Part shown: piece after piece, positions 1-13,079 of the stretch
Layout of the letters: each line of letters opens with the position of its first letter
How positions within the stretch are numbered: position 1 is the stretch's first letter
Origin: Vicugna vicugna
Lineage: Eukaryota
Assembly: GCA_013265495.1 (NCBI GenBank)
Contig: MU057959.1
Location: 323,202-387,201 of the forward strand
Direction of reading: 5' to 3'
Length of the DNA stretch: 64,000 bases
The notes under the pieces: generated by a model
What the model saw: the letters and a program-made list of their open reading frames with translations, nothing else
Database searches by the model: none
Told to the model about the DNA's origin: nothing
Program-made: the position numbers and the translations under genes

Positions 1-320
1 AGGCTGAAATCCAGGAGAGCCCGTAGAATAATTTCCAGTACACTTCTGAGTCCAAAGGCCAGAGAAGACAAACATCCGAGCTGGAAGACAGTCAGAAAGA
101 GAGGGAACATTATTTCCTACTTAGCCTTTATTCAAACCAGGCCTTCAACGGATTAGACGAGGCCCACCCACATTGGGAAGGGCAATCTGCTTTATTCAAT
201 CTATGGATTCAGGTGCCAGTCTCATTCAGACATGCCCTCATAGACACACCCCAGATCATGTTTTACCAAATATCTGGGCCTGTCACACAGACAAGTTAAC
301 ATGTAAAATAAGCTATCCCA
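1..320 (-). mobile_element. MLT2-family (ERVL) solo LTR, 5' part
   Basis: Reverse complement resembles the MLT2 5' half (cccagatatttggt...aaagcagattgcccttcccaatgtgggtgggcctc...ccgttgaaggcctg); truncated by the window edge. Confidence 0.8.
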
Positions 321-2379
321 TTGGGTGAAGTGTGTGTGTGTGTTCACACAGACACACACACACACAATATATATTCATGAGTAAATATACACACACAATA
401 TGTTCATAAGTATGTATACACACAATATGTATATTCATGAATATATATTTGTGAATATTTAAATAATTAAAACATAATACTGACTTTGCAGTTTTAAAAT
501 ATAGACATGTGTTCTCCTATACACTAGCAGGGAAGGGCATGAGTTCCAGGCACAGGGCACAATATATTTGCATTTGTGCCCCAGGATAATGAGCACAGTA
601 TGACAAACAGAAAACAACACGTCCTTCTGATTTACGTATAAAAATATTAAATAGAGCAAAACAGATTCAGCACGGGAGAGCGCCGACTTGCTGCTGACGG
701 GGTGGGGGCAGCCGTGGGGGGAACAGATCTCCTGGGAGCGTGCTGGAAACACCCTCTTTCTTCCTTGGTGGTCCGGGGGGCAGTCTCTTTGTTCCAGCTG
801 CACAGTTTTTGTTTTCCTGTTTTACTGCATGGGTTTTATTCGACTAAACCAGCTTCAGGAAGTAGTGTAGATAATAGTTACCCTGTGTTTAATTCCATAT
901 CTCACATGTGTATTCATATCTGTATTTGAATATAGACATACCCGTTGGCATATGCATACACATCCACATTTATAAACATAGAAACATCTAGAAATATGTG
1001 CAAAGAGATCGGCTTAGCAGACCCAGAAATGCATGCAACATATTTTAAATTAATGTCACACATACCTACTTGTATATACATACACAGCGAGAAATATGTG
1101 CAAACAGGCATTCTTAATGGGCTATAGATCTTAAATTACTATAACCTACATTTATGTATTTGTGAAACGTAGCCTAGAATACACTTTGTGTTGGTATTAA
1201 TTTCTTATTATTTCAAAAACACGTCTCTTTTTGGAAAGGCGCAACTGTGAGGACTTGAGTTTCTCCTGTAACGTCTCTATGTTGCAGTTTCAGCCATGAT
1301 CTGGAAAGACAAACAGTTTCTCTTGCTCTGGGAATGTAATAACTAGCCTTAGAAAAACAGTTTCCTTCCAACACCACTTAACCACGTAGACCTTGAGTGT
1401 TTAAATTTTCCAAAATATGCATTAGCTTCAGAATTACTTAATCTCACTTTCCTCTAAGAATCATTTGCACTGAAGTCATATTTTTTTCCATTTTTAAATA
1501 TTTTAATGTTACACTCCTGTAGTTTTTACATATCTTCTGTGATTCAAAAGAAGTGAACTCAGGTATGACTTGCTTGTCTGACATTACTGAGCGAAGGGAG
1601 GGTTTGGGGGGGGGACCCAGAATGCCCTCCTGTTCTTGGCAGCTGGGAGTCCCTTTGAGATGCACGTGGATATAAGTGTGATCTGGGCTCACCTTGTATC
1701 AGTCGTTTTGCTAATGGTCCGTTTCTTTTCCATCACAAATCGTTACTCTGGGGGTTACCTGGCAGGTGGTGAGTCCGTACACCCTGAATTAAAGAACGGG
1801 CTCCTGGAGGTATTTCTTTTCAGTGCGAGATACTTTGTGGTGTGTTTTCCACTTTTCTTGGTCACGGTCATAGAGATGACAAGGCTTAATGTCCAGTGGA
1901 GTCACCAAGGAAAAGGATGTCTTCCCCACCACCTTGAAACCTCACCTGGGAGTCTAAGGGCCCCTCTAAAAGCATCCGGGCATTTTTGCTTTGCTCGAGA
2001 GCATCTTGTTTCTCGCTCTCTCTCTCATGCACATGTCATGAGGCATGAACATGAGAACCCGGAGGAGGAGCTAGAGATGAGTGAATTCCAGGTGGAGACA
2101 ATGTCTTGCAAAAGCGTCCTGTGTGGAGGTGTCCTAATGTTCTCACGGAGGTGGAGAGACTCCCATTGTTGCAGGATGGGGTGGACCCTGCCCTCTGATA
2201 CCTCAAGTACCGGACATTAAGAAGATAGAAAAACCATCTCTCAGCTACTGCGTTCCTTTAACAAATAATCGTGCACGTCTACTCTCCTCCTGGTATTGTG
2301 TCCAGAAGGATGCAGACCCTCCTCTTAAAGACCTGTTCCATTCATTTGCCGCATTCCGTTTTCTCCTCTTCATTCATCC

Positions 2380-3092
2380 TGTTTCAGCCCATGTTTCAGC
2401 AGATTTTGCACACGTCTCCTTGACCTCTGCATCAGTAAATGCAACAGAAACTTTCCAGTCCTTCTTGGCTTCTCGGTCAATATTCCTCACTGTTGCCCAG
2501 TCCCAGTGACCGGAAGGCTCTGCTTCCCTTGTCTTCATAGACACAGGTCTCTGATTTCGCTCTGGTCTCTTTGATCTAATGTTCCCCAGCGATTCTGAAG
2601 CTGCATCCTGTTCTACCTGTTCGACCGTCACAAGTTACTTTCCACACTGGAAAGTCCTAGGTCTGCCTGGGGTTTCTCTCGTCTTGAGTCTTCACTGGCC
2701 GTTCTTCAGTTCCTGGGAAGCAGCAGGTGTCACCCGCGAGGGACGTGGAGGGTGCTAGCCTCTCCCAGGAGGATTTCTTCACATCTTCACCCAGCTAACT
2801 CCATGCTCCTCTCCCGACCGTCCGTACATGATTCTCATTCAGAGAACCTCTGCTGACCGTCTGTACAGGACTGATCCTCCTAGCCTATGAGTCTCACTCA
2901 GCACAGCTCACCTTTCTTTCAGATCCTTTGTCGCCAGTGTCATTTTACGCCTGTTTATTTGTTGACCAGAGTTCTCCACGTGGTCCAGCCATGAGCTTTG
3001 TGAGGGCAAGAGAACGTATTTCTCATACGTACCGTTTATCCCTCCCCGTATCACCCACGAAGCCCACAGACGCTCCTTCATAAACAGTCTGA
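2380..3092 (+). mobile_element. Degraded L2 LINE fragments including the 3' end
   Basis: L2-like motifs such as 'gagctttgtgagggcaagagaacgtatttctc' and the terminal 'cataaacagtctga'; highly diverged. Confidence 0.5.
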
Positions 3093-3289
3093 TCTCCTGA
3101 TATGGTTCCCGTTTCACGGTGCCTCCCACGACAACTGATTTGCTTGCTGGATTAGCTCTTACATCTCAGGTGAGGAATCAGGATGGAGAGACCTGCGTAA
3201 ACCAAAGGGCTGCATAAAGCGTCTTGCTGTGTGTGTGGCGCGTGCGTAGGTTACAGGTGAGCCACGGGCGGTGGGGCAGCAGGTGGCTT

Positions 3290-4063
3290 TCCTACAGCCA
3301 GCAAGTCTTGCGTTCTCGGTAGATACCAACTAAGAGTTTGACTAGTCCGCTCAGTTCCGACACTCCACAAGCCTGCCTCCTTTTCAGACACTGATCACAC
3401 GGAGCGGGTCTGCAGGTGACCCGCCCTTCTGGCCCATGGGGCCACCAATCAGGAGCTCCCGCAACACCCCCCTCAGATTTAATAACTTGGTGTGACTGCT
3501 CAGAGAACTCAGGGAACCCCAATTACCAGTTTATTACAAAGGGTACAAATGAACCGTGAGATGGGAGAGGTCTGGAAAGGGCCCCAGTGCAGGAGCTTCA
3601 GTCCCCGTGGAGTTTGGGGCATCTCACGTGGACGTGTTCACCATCCTGGGAGCTCTACAAATCCCTTCCTTTAGGGCGCAGATGGGGCTTTTGTTACCTA
3701 CGTGTGATAGATCAGAGTATTGGCCATTGGTGACTGGCTCAGTCTCCAGCCCCTCTCCCCTCCCCAGAGCTCAGAGTCCAAGATCGGAGCGGGGAGGAGG
3801 GGACGAAGAAGTTCCAACACTCTAATCACCTGGCTCCTCTGGTGACCAGCCCACCACCTGAAACTATCCAGGGTCCCATCAAGGGTCACCTCATTCCCAT
3901 AAACTCAAGGAAGATTGAAAGGAACTCATTACAGATGACAAAGGCTCCTCTCTTGCCCCCTCACTCCCATCTTTCGGGGAAATACAAAGGGTTCAGAAAT
4001 TCAGTGCTGGGAACCAGGGACAAAGACCACATAGATCTATACATTATTCTGTCACAATATCAC
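3290..4063 (-). mobile_element. MER21-family LTR
   Basis: Ends in 'ggaaccagggacaaagaccacatag...tcacaatatcac', the reverse complement of the MER21 5' end; internal 'ggccattggtga...tctccagcccctctcccctcccc...gttccaacactctaatcac' is typical of MER21. Confidence 0.8.
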
Positions 4064-4364
4064 GAACTGCCGATTCGATGTATCACGAGCAAGGTCAAGA
4101 AAGACTTAATAATCGGCACCAGCCACATCCGAGCTGAAGCACAAGAAGAAAGGGTGTGATGGGGCACAGGGGGCACGGCGGGGAGGGGGCTGAAGGATCA
4201 GGGAAGGGCCCCTGGGAGCAGGTCAGCGTGCTGCCCGCCTGCAGAGGGTGGGTGCCAGCGAGAACGCAGCACCCCTTGGGCGGGGTGGGGCGCGTTCAGA
4301 ACACTGACTGACCTATAATGACTGAAGGATTCCAAGAAGGAGGCAGTGGCCTGAAGATACATCC

Positions 4365-4873
4365 TTTAGGAAGATTATTCCGTCCACAGTAACGCACGTC
4401 CCCAGGCTTAATGGCTTAAACCAACCCGAACGTTTGTGTTCAATTTTTTTTTGGTCCTTATGGGACCAAATGGTTCTGGAGAAAACCCACGTGGCCGTCT
4501 ACAGCTAAGAGGTCTGCAGGGCAGATTCCTTCTCGAAGCTCTGGAGGAGGGCCCATTTCCCCGCCTTTTCCAGCTTCTGGGAGGCGCCCCCATTCCCGGG
4601 CTCACGGCCCCTCCCTCCACCTTCAAAGCCGGCCACAGTTCATCTCTCTCCGGTGACTCCTCTGCCTCTCTGACCACAGCTGGGAAACGTCCTGGGCTGT
4701 CAAGGACCCAGGTGACAGAGCTGACTCCACCTGGGTGACCGGGACAGTCTCTCCACCTCAAGACCTGCACCCTTAATCACACCTGGGAAGTCCCTGTTTC
4801 CATGCAAGGGGACGTGGTCACAAGTTCTACAAGCCGTGGGCATCTCTGGGGAGACATCATTCTTCCCACGGCA
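4365..4873 (-). mobile_element. MLT1 (MaLR) solo LTR, MLT1D-like
   Basis: Contains 'ccttttccagcttctgggaggc...cccctccctccaccttcaaagcc...cccttaatcacacctgggaagtccctgtttccatgcaagg', matching the reverse-strand MLT1 body. Confidence 0.8.
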
Positions 4874-5939
4874 GGGGGAATTGAGTCCAGTTATTGGTCC
4901 CACGACGTTTAAAACGACGAAGTGGACAACTTCTAACACTAAGTTTTGTGCTCTTATTTATCTCGTGCAGATTAGGTGGGGCAAAGCCTTAGTCACTGTC
5001 TTGAAAAACGAACCATACTTTAATTCGATACTACACGGCGTCCAGATCTGGCTTGCAAGGGGGGTTCTGAGGACTTGCACATAAAATAGGGACAGAGGAA
5101 AGAACCCTTTCTGTAGAATTTGAGAACATGACTTTTATTTGTAGAAAATGCATATTCTGGATTATTAAAATCCATGTCTAAGTTGACAATGAAATTGAAA
5201 GTGTCACATTAAATCTGCAGAAAAAAGGGGGGTGGGGCGCTTTAGCATGATAATTTTAAACAAAATCCACATTCTCAGTGTGGCTTTAGAATTAGGTAGA
5301 TCAGAGAGAGAGAAAAACAGAAAGAAAGAAGAAAGGCTACTAGACTGAAGTTAGTTTTGAGCTGCATTTGGAAAGATTGCTGCGTAAAGCCGATAATCCT
5401 TAAATGGATTTTAGCTTCCTAGCAAACACAGCACTCTGCTCATCACCTGCAATTCTGAGGTTAAAAATAAGAAACTTTAAGAATATCAGATCTCGCACTG
5501 AAATGGTAAGAGGCAGGCAAAAATACACAGCAGAAGAGTAAATTACTTTTTTCCTTAAAATCCGTCTCCTGCCTGTCAGGTTCAGAGTGCTGCGTTTCTC
5601 CAGGTAAATTTTGTAATTGCATCCTCTTGTCAAGCTGTTTAAGAAGTGTGATCAGAAGGCTCTCGAGTTTTGAAAGAAGAGAGGCTGCCTAGAGCTCGTT
5701 GCTTTAAATTTTGTCTCTCTAGTTAAATGAAGCTAATGCCCCCTGTCATTTCATAATATTTGCTTGGGAATTATTTCTTACAAAATTAGTTTTTTCTTAC
5801 TAGCAACATTGTAATTGAACTCAAGTTGGGAGGTACGGTGAAGTAGAAAATATTCTGATTCTTATTGTAATAATGCATAGTGAGAGAAGGAGAAACAATC
5901 AGGCTGGTGCTGGTGGTAAAACTTCATGTGGGAACATAC

Positions 5940-6126
5940 CTATCACGGAAGGATGCACAGATACACTTGATATAATTAAATGAAGTGTGCATCAAATTAT
6001 AATTCATACAAGTAGATGAAAATATCACAAATGGGCCTTTTTGATGCATAAAAACTGGCTAAAATCTCTGTACCTTCCTCTCAATGCTGCTGTGAACCTA
6101 ACATTTCTGCAAAACAATAAGGTCTT
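5940..6126 (+). mobile_element. Old L1 (L1MC-like) 3' end fragment
   Basis: 'aaatctctgtaccttcctctcaatgctgctgtgaacctaacatttctgc...aataaggtc' resembles the L1MC terminus. Confidence 0.55.
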
Positions 6127-6474
6127 TTTAACAAAATAGCCATAAATCATTTCTTGGAAGAGGAGAATTATACACACGTTGCCATGGCAGGGTTTCTGCA
6201 CATTTCCTGACTCAAAGGGGAGGGAGGCTGTCTGGTCTTGTCTTTCAGTAACTCATCCTTTTCATGCTTTGCCAATATAAGAATTATGTTTGGACAAGTG
6301 GCAGGTAGAGGCAAGTAAAGCTGAGAAACTGTAAAGGCTAAACAAGAATTCATTCTTATTCAAAGTAACATGTATTTTCTTAACATACAATGTAAAGGAA
6401 AGTGTGGCAGGCATAAGTTTGCATTGTGCTTGTAATCATACTGTTAAAACCTTCCTTGTGTTTTCCCTATACGT

Positions 6475-7590
6475 ATAGATGGAAGATAGGTAGGTAGGTA
6501 AGTAGGCAGATACATAGATAGACAGACAGACAGATGGACGGATGGATAGATGGATGGATGCATGGATAGATACATAGGTGGATTGATGGATGGATGGATG
6601 TGTAAGATGGATGGATGGATGGATGGATGGATAGATAGCTAGATGGATGGATGGATGGATGGATGGATAGATAGCTAGATGGATGGATGGATGGATGGAT
6701 GGATAGATAGCTAGATGGATGGATGGATGGATGGATGGATAGATAGCTAGATGGATGGATGGATGGATGGATGGATAGATAGCTAGATGGATGGATGGAT
6801 GGATGGATGGATAGATAGCTAGATGGATGGATGGATGGATGGATGGATAGATAGCTAGATGGATGGATGGATGGATGGATGGATAGATAGCTAGATGGAT
6901 GGATGGATGGATGGATGGATAAGATGGATGGATAGATACATAGGTGGATGGATGGATGGATGGATGGATAGATACCTAGGTGGATGGATGGATGGATGGA
7001 TGGATGGATGGATAAAATGGATGGATGGATAGATACATAGGTGGATGGATGAATGGATGGATGGATGGATGGATGTGTAAGATGGATGGATGGATGGATG
7101 CATGGATGGATAAGATGGATGGATGGATAGATACATAGGTGGATGGATGGATGGATGGATGGATGTGTAAGATGGATGGATGGATAGATGGATAAGATGG
7201 ATGGATGCATAGATAGATAGACAGACAGATAGATAGACGGATGGACAGATGGATAGGTGGATGGATAGATGGATAGGTGGATGGATGGATGGATGTATAA
7301 AATGAATGGATGAATGGATGGATGGATGGATGGATGGATAGATAGATAGATACATAGATAGATAGATGATAGATAAGATGGATGGATGGATAGATAGACA
7401 GACAGATACATACATAGATGGAGAGATAGATAGACAGACAGATAGATAGATACATACATACATACGTACATAGATGGAGACAGAGAGAGAGAGATACGTA
7501 GGTAGATAGATTGATAGATAAATGGGTAGATGGATGGATAGGTAGATAGACATGACAGAGAGATAGATTTATACATAGACTGCATACATG
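6475..7590. repeat. Complex (GGAT)n/(AGAT)n array with a 36-bp higher-order unit
   Basis: Directly visible; the landmark GCTAG recurs every 36 bp at 6638, 6674, 6710, 6746, 6782, 6818, 6854 and 6890. Confidence 0.97.
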
Positions 7591-10065
7591 TGTATATCTG
7601 TTTAAGTGAGTAATATTGTGCAAATTATATTTTACCTGGTTGTTCCCAGTACAGCATCATAAATCCTGTCTCAACTCTTAGTGTCTTCAGTGTATATGTA
7701 GCTGGTCCTTCTAAAACATTGGCCTCTCAGATCCTTGAACTTCTCCACGGCTTTGTCCCTTTCACCACTCAGGCTCTTTGTTGTAGGAAAACAAGTGTGT
7801 TTCTTTATATAAGAATTGTGCAGTTAGGGTCCTGTAGTGTTGCACACTCTCCATGCATGTTACATACCAAATATTCCGGTAACAAACCAGAGATCAGTAT
7901 GGACAGAACCAGGATGAATGCACTTGGTGTTTCCTTCAATGTCATCCCTGGGTTGTTAGCATTCATGCGATGAAGAAGACAGTCAGTTTCAATCACTTAC
8001 ACCCAGACTCTGACAGACATAACTCCGAGATACAAGAACTCCTTTAAGTCCTTGCTTCCTCCAAATGCCTCTTAGACAAGTGCCCCAACCCAGTAACCGC
8101 AGGATTGACCGAACCACCGAAACCCAGCACGCCTTGGTCTTCCTCACGGCTCACGCCACGTTACAGGTATCGACAGCCCAAGTCACTTAGTCACCCTTAT
8201 ACAATGTCATGTTTGGATTTCTACATTATAATTTTTTATTGTCCATACATCATAGAAAATTATAACCAGATACAATTCTGTAGTTTATGAAGTCATCACA
8301 TTTTAAAATACCGCATTCTTTCTATTGTCATCCATGACTGTGTGCGTAAGTATTTAGGTTTTATCTTCAAAAATGAGATGGTTGCTAGGATGCTGGCTAT
8401 AAATAAGTAAAGTGTAACTTTTTGTCCCTTTTAAAGTCGTTAACGCTCTTGATCCGGCTGTGGAGATGACACTTAGAACAAGCTCCAAGTACAACCATGA
8501 TTCATCAGGGTGCAGGAAGCTCCGAGGGGGATAAAATGAGCCTATTCAGTATTTATTTTGCCAGGTTTCCCTCAGTCCTCTTTAAACATCATTGAACACT
8601 TAGATCCTTCTGTCCTGTTGCTGTGTCTTGTATGAAATAATTTTAACAGGCGGGGAAAATGCGAACCTTAAATTGAGAGCAATGCACATTATCAATATGA
8701 CTTGCAAAATTGTTATCAATGGGAGAAACTGACCCTAAAGTGCATCTAGGAGAAATGGAAACAAATATGGAAATATTTCTCCATAGAAATAAATATTGCT
8801 ACTGGGAAATAAAACAGGCTAGAACTCAGGGAATCGAACACTTTTCACAGTTCCAACCAGGAGGTTTCCATGTTTACTGAATTTTTTAAAAAAATAGTTT
8901 TGAAGTTGTGATTATCTGTTGCTTGTTTTCTGGATCTTATTATTAAAGAAATACTTTATATACCTCTTTGACTAGCTGGATAACCATATCCGGATGAATT
9001 TGCCTGTGGAACAGAAGCCGTTTATTTTGTTTCATTTACTGAGGTTGAAACTGTTGGAACAGTGTGATCAGGAGCTTCTTTAGGATGTGATAGTCATTGA
9101 TTGATCTGTTTCATAATTTTGTATCAATTTTCTCCTCATTCATTTTGGCTTGGCTGTTACCTGTTCGGTGATGCTTCGGTCTACTCCCTCCAGTATTGGA
9201 GTGGCGTTCCAGTTTAGATACATGCGTATTTGCACATGTTCCATGAAATACAGCTGGGGCATTTAGTTTCTCCCATTTTATCTGGACTTGTAATGGCACA
9301 GAAATACAATGGACATCATTTTTGTCCCACTGCTATTTCTCAGCACAGTACACATTAGTCTTTCAGTGCAACAGAACGTTCCTTCAAATCTCGTAAGAGG
9401 GACCTTTTACTTACAATTTCTCAAGCTGGGTCTTACAGAAAGAAAAAAAAAATTGGTTTGACTGAAAGAAATGATGACTTGTATTCCAGAAAGAATCAAA
9501 CTGAAAATTACAGACTATTTTCTGGAACAAATGAAAAATACACAATATATATTTTAGTGCTGTGGAATTTCTTTGCTCTCCAGTGTTTTGTAGAATTATC
9601 ATCATTTTTTTCCTCACTAAGCAATGACAGAGTGAAATAAATGTAGTTTTAGAAGGTATTTTATCGATGTTTGTGTTTTTGCCAGACAATCTGCCAAAGT
9701 TTTCTTTTTTTTTTTTCATTTTTGAGCAAAGCTTCTGAAGATGTTATTTGTTTAGAATTTACATAGTGGTAGAGTTGGCAAAATAGGTTTTTTATTAGCA
9801 CTTTCCCTTTACTTAGTAATTTTTCTATCAACAGAGTAAATGATCCTGTAATGTGACCTTGCTTTGACAAGATAAATTCCACTTGAAAGGGTATGTGTAT
9901 CATGCTGGCTTCCATGACATAGACTAAGGAAAAGGCATCGCTGAAAACACCAACAAGAATGTAGAAGCAAAAATGAGAGCTCTTTCCACCCCAGGTACCA
10001 AAAAGATCGCACTGACCCGTTAAGTCAAGGCGATGCTGAGTTTGCTGTGTCTGCGCGCAGGCAGA

Positions 10066-11011
10066 GTGGGGAAGGGGAGGGTTAGATGTCCACTTGGCCA
10101 GGCTGAGGGACCCAGTCACCCACTCGACGACTGATCTGGGGCTGCCTGGGAAGATCTTCTGCACACGTGGTTACCATCTGCAACCAGTTAACTTCAAGTC
10201 AGTTCAGTTACGCTCATGGTGAGCGGGACTCATCCCGTCGGTTGAAAAGGCTTAAAGGCAAAAGCAGATGTTTCTTTGAGAAAGGAGAGATTGTGCCTCA
10301 GGACTGTACATTCAGTGGTTGCAACCTGCTGTCTGTCCTACAGATTTCAGAGTTGCCACCCTCCCCAAATGGCATAAAATTCCTTGAAATTTGAGCAATA
10401 GCTAGGTGATACGTAGATAGATACATATAGACAGGTCAATGATACAGTTTATAAATAGATGATAGATTGAGAGAGCGATAGAGATCTATGTATATACAGA
10501 CGGATAGACAGATGTAGACGAAGAATAGATGGTAGGGAGATCAACAGGTAAATACAGATATAGAGATGATAAATAGAAGATAGATAAGATGGATGAATAG
10601 ATAGCTACATAGATAGGAAGATGGATGGATGGATGAACGGAAGGAAGGATAGATAGATTAGATAGATTAGATGGATGGATGGATGGATAGATAGGAAGAA
10701 GGATGGGGGGATGGATGGATGGAAGGAAGGAAGGAAGGATAGATTGGATGGATGGAAGGAAGGAAGGATAGATGCATAGATGCACAGAAGGAAGGAAGGA
10801 AAGAAAGAAAAAGAAAGGAAGAAAGAAAGAAAGGAAGATGGATGGTTAGAAGGATAGATGGACAGAAAGAAAGAAAGAGAAAAGAAAAAAGTAAGAGATG
10901 GATTGATGGATGGATAAATAGATATAGATAAAATAAAGAAAAAGGAAGGAAGGAAGATATGTTAGGTACAAAGATTTATCTTACTGGTCCTGCTTCTCTG
11001 GAGAACTCATC
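10066..11011 (+). mobile_element. MLT2-family LTR interrupted by a simple-repeat expansion
   Basis: LTR body at 10066-10395 ends '...aattccttgaaat'; the LTR terminus 'ttactggtcctgcttctctggagaact' appears at ~10981-11007, beyond the microsatellite. Confidence 0.7.
10400..10960. repeat. AGAT/GGAT/GGAA/GAAA compound microsatellite
   Basis: Directly visible purine-rich tetranucleotide array. Confidence 0.95.
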
Positions 11012-11084
11012 AAGGGGGGAATAACCAGCCTGCTCACCCCAGTTGAAATCCGGCTGCTGCCACAACTGGGAACCCACTGTCTCC

Positions 11085-11500
11085 TGCAGGAAGGTAGTAG
11101 CACCCCCCTCCCCGTCCCAAAAGTCCATGTCAATGTGGAAATTCCAATGGGACCTTCCCAGGAAATAGAGTCTTCGGGGTGTCATCAAGCGAAGATGTGG
11201 GTGGGCTCTGATCCGGTGATGGGTGCCCTTAAGGAAGAGGCCGATCTGGACACACGGCAGAGACAAGGTGACGGGAACCAAGGAGAAGGTGACCATGGGA
11301 CAGTGGAGGCAGAGACGGGCGTGATGTCTACAAGCCAAGGAGCGCCAGCGTGGCCAGCAGCCCGCAGAGCTGGGAGGCCAGCACGGAGCGGCTGTCACGC
11401 CGAGCTTCCAGGAGGAAGCAGCCCTGCGGACACTGGTCTCAGACGCCCGGCCTCTGGAGCGGGGAGAGAACACGTCTGCCGCTCAGCGATTACAGTATTT
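11085..11500 (+). mobile_element. MLT1 (MaLR) solo LTR, MLT1C-like
   Basis: Contains 'ggaaatagagtcttc...gtggaggcagagacgggcgtgatgtctacaagccaagga...ggaagcagccctgcggacac...ctcagac...gcctctggagc'. Confidence 0.75.
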
Positions 11501-13079
11501 CAAGCGTGCTTGTTGGATCGATTGCTTCTTTCGTGGGTCTTCTGAGACGAGGGAGAGAGAACTGACCACAGACCAGCACCATTTCGTCACGGGCAGAACC
11601 TGAGCCTGACGGACTTCAACCTGTGGCTGCCCTTCCTCTGCCCGACACAGCTAGGAAGAAACAAAAGAATTAAACTCGTAGACCACGGACTGTGCTTACG
11701 TAGCTGGCCTGTGTCGGACTTGGCAAAAAGAGCCAGTTTCACCCCGACCCGGGGAACACCTCCGCTTTCTGTATTGGAAGGAAACTGGAGGAAGACGCAG
11801 TGAAGACGTGCTTAAAGCCAATCAAGCACTAAGAGCAAAGGCTGCGTTGTCCTGGCCCCGCCGGGCGCGCCTGCGTTCACCCGAGGCGCCGCAGCCCTCA
11901 CGCGCCGCTCACGTGTCCAAGGCTTTGAAGCATCGGCGTGTCGGCAGTTCACTTTCTCAGTGTTTCAATATTTTGAAACATCATAATGCGCATTCTGTTG
12001 GAAGCTGGGTACGCGTTTCCCAACATGTGCCCCTTGGAACTGGAATTCATAGGAACTGTGTTTTAAAAGCAAATCCCGTGGTAAGAACCCGTGGACACAA
12101 ACAGTGAGACACGGACAGCAGCGCCGGTCACGTTTCACTGGTTTGCAGAGCTGCTCGAACGTTTGATCCTGAAGGAGGCACTGTGTGTAATGCAACAGTG
12201 TCAAAGCTTTTTCATGAGTTTTCTTCCTTCTTTCTGAGTATTCTAAGCATGAGCTCCAGGGAAGACGGGAACTGTGAACTTTAATACGTTCTTGTAGCAG
12301 TGAACATGTACCGTTCTCGGGGAATGACATCTCGTCTTATATATGTATTCTTTCTCTTTCTCCCTTAAAAATGACATCCTTAAAAAATGTTTAAACAAAA
12401 AACTAAAGAGAAGGGGAAACTGCCTTTTGGTACATTCCTTTAAAAAAGCGGTGACATCCTTTACAGCAACTAGTAAGGGCACAGGACATTAATTCAAATA
12501 TACAGTAAGCACTTGTTGCAAGTTACCCTTACCGACTGACAGCGAGCTCTCGCCTCCTCTCCCTCTGTTTCTGACCGTCCGCAACCGGGCTGCCCAGTTC
12601 CTCCCTCCCTGATCCTGCTCCGCTGCGTCCGTCACCCATTCTACCGTATTCTTCCCCCAAATCACTCTCCCTTCCTTCTCCAATCAGCCATATCTGTCCC
12701 CTCTCTATCAGATGACATCCCCTCCCTCTGAGAGCCAGTGTCAACGTCTTTTACGTGCATTTGACGCAGATCACCCAGAACATCTTCTTCCCTTCCTTCA
12801 TGTGCGTCCACTCAGTCCAGAGAAACCCTTGCCCCCTTCCCGACTAGGGGGGCACACACACATTCTGCAGGATCTGCTCGAGGGACATTAACAGAATAAA
12901 CGTCCTTTAGTGGGTGAGGTGCAGGTGGACATTCCTGGAGAGACAGGTACAGAATAGACTTCCTTCCGTAGCCTTTGTGACATTGCAAGCAAACAGCATC
13001 CAAATAAATACACTTTAACTTCCCCCCAAATTAGATTCATCCACAAATGGAATTCGAAGGCATTTGAAATTTATATGAA

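Noticed and set aside
1636..2220. 194-aa ORF
   Set aside because: No recognisable domain, non-ATG start in the track, and no supporting exon structure.
6606..6893. 36-bp periodic repeat as a CRISPR array
   Set aside because: No unique spacers, low-complexity unit, eukaryotic context, no cas genes.
6467..7623. Long ORFs of 372, 220 and 215 aa
   Set aside because: Translations of the GGAT/AGAT array (repeating IHPS); no coding signal.
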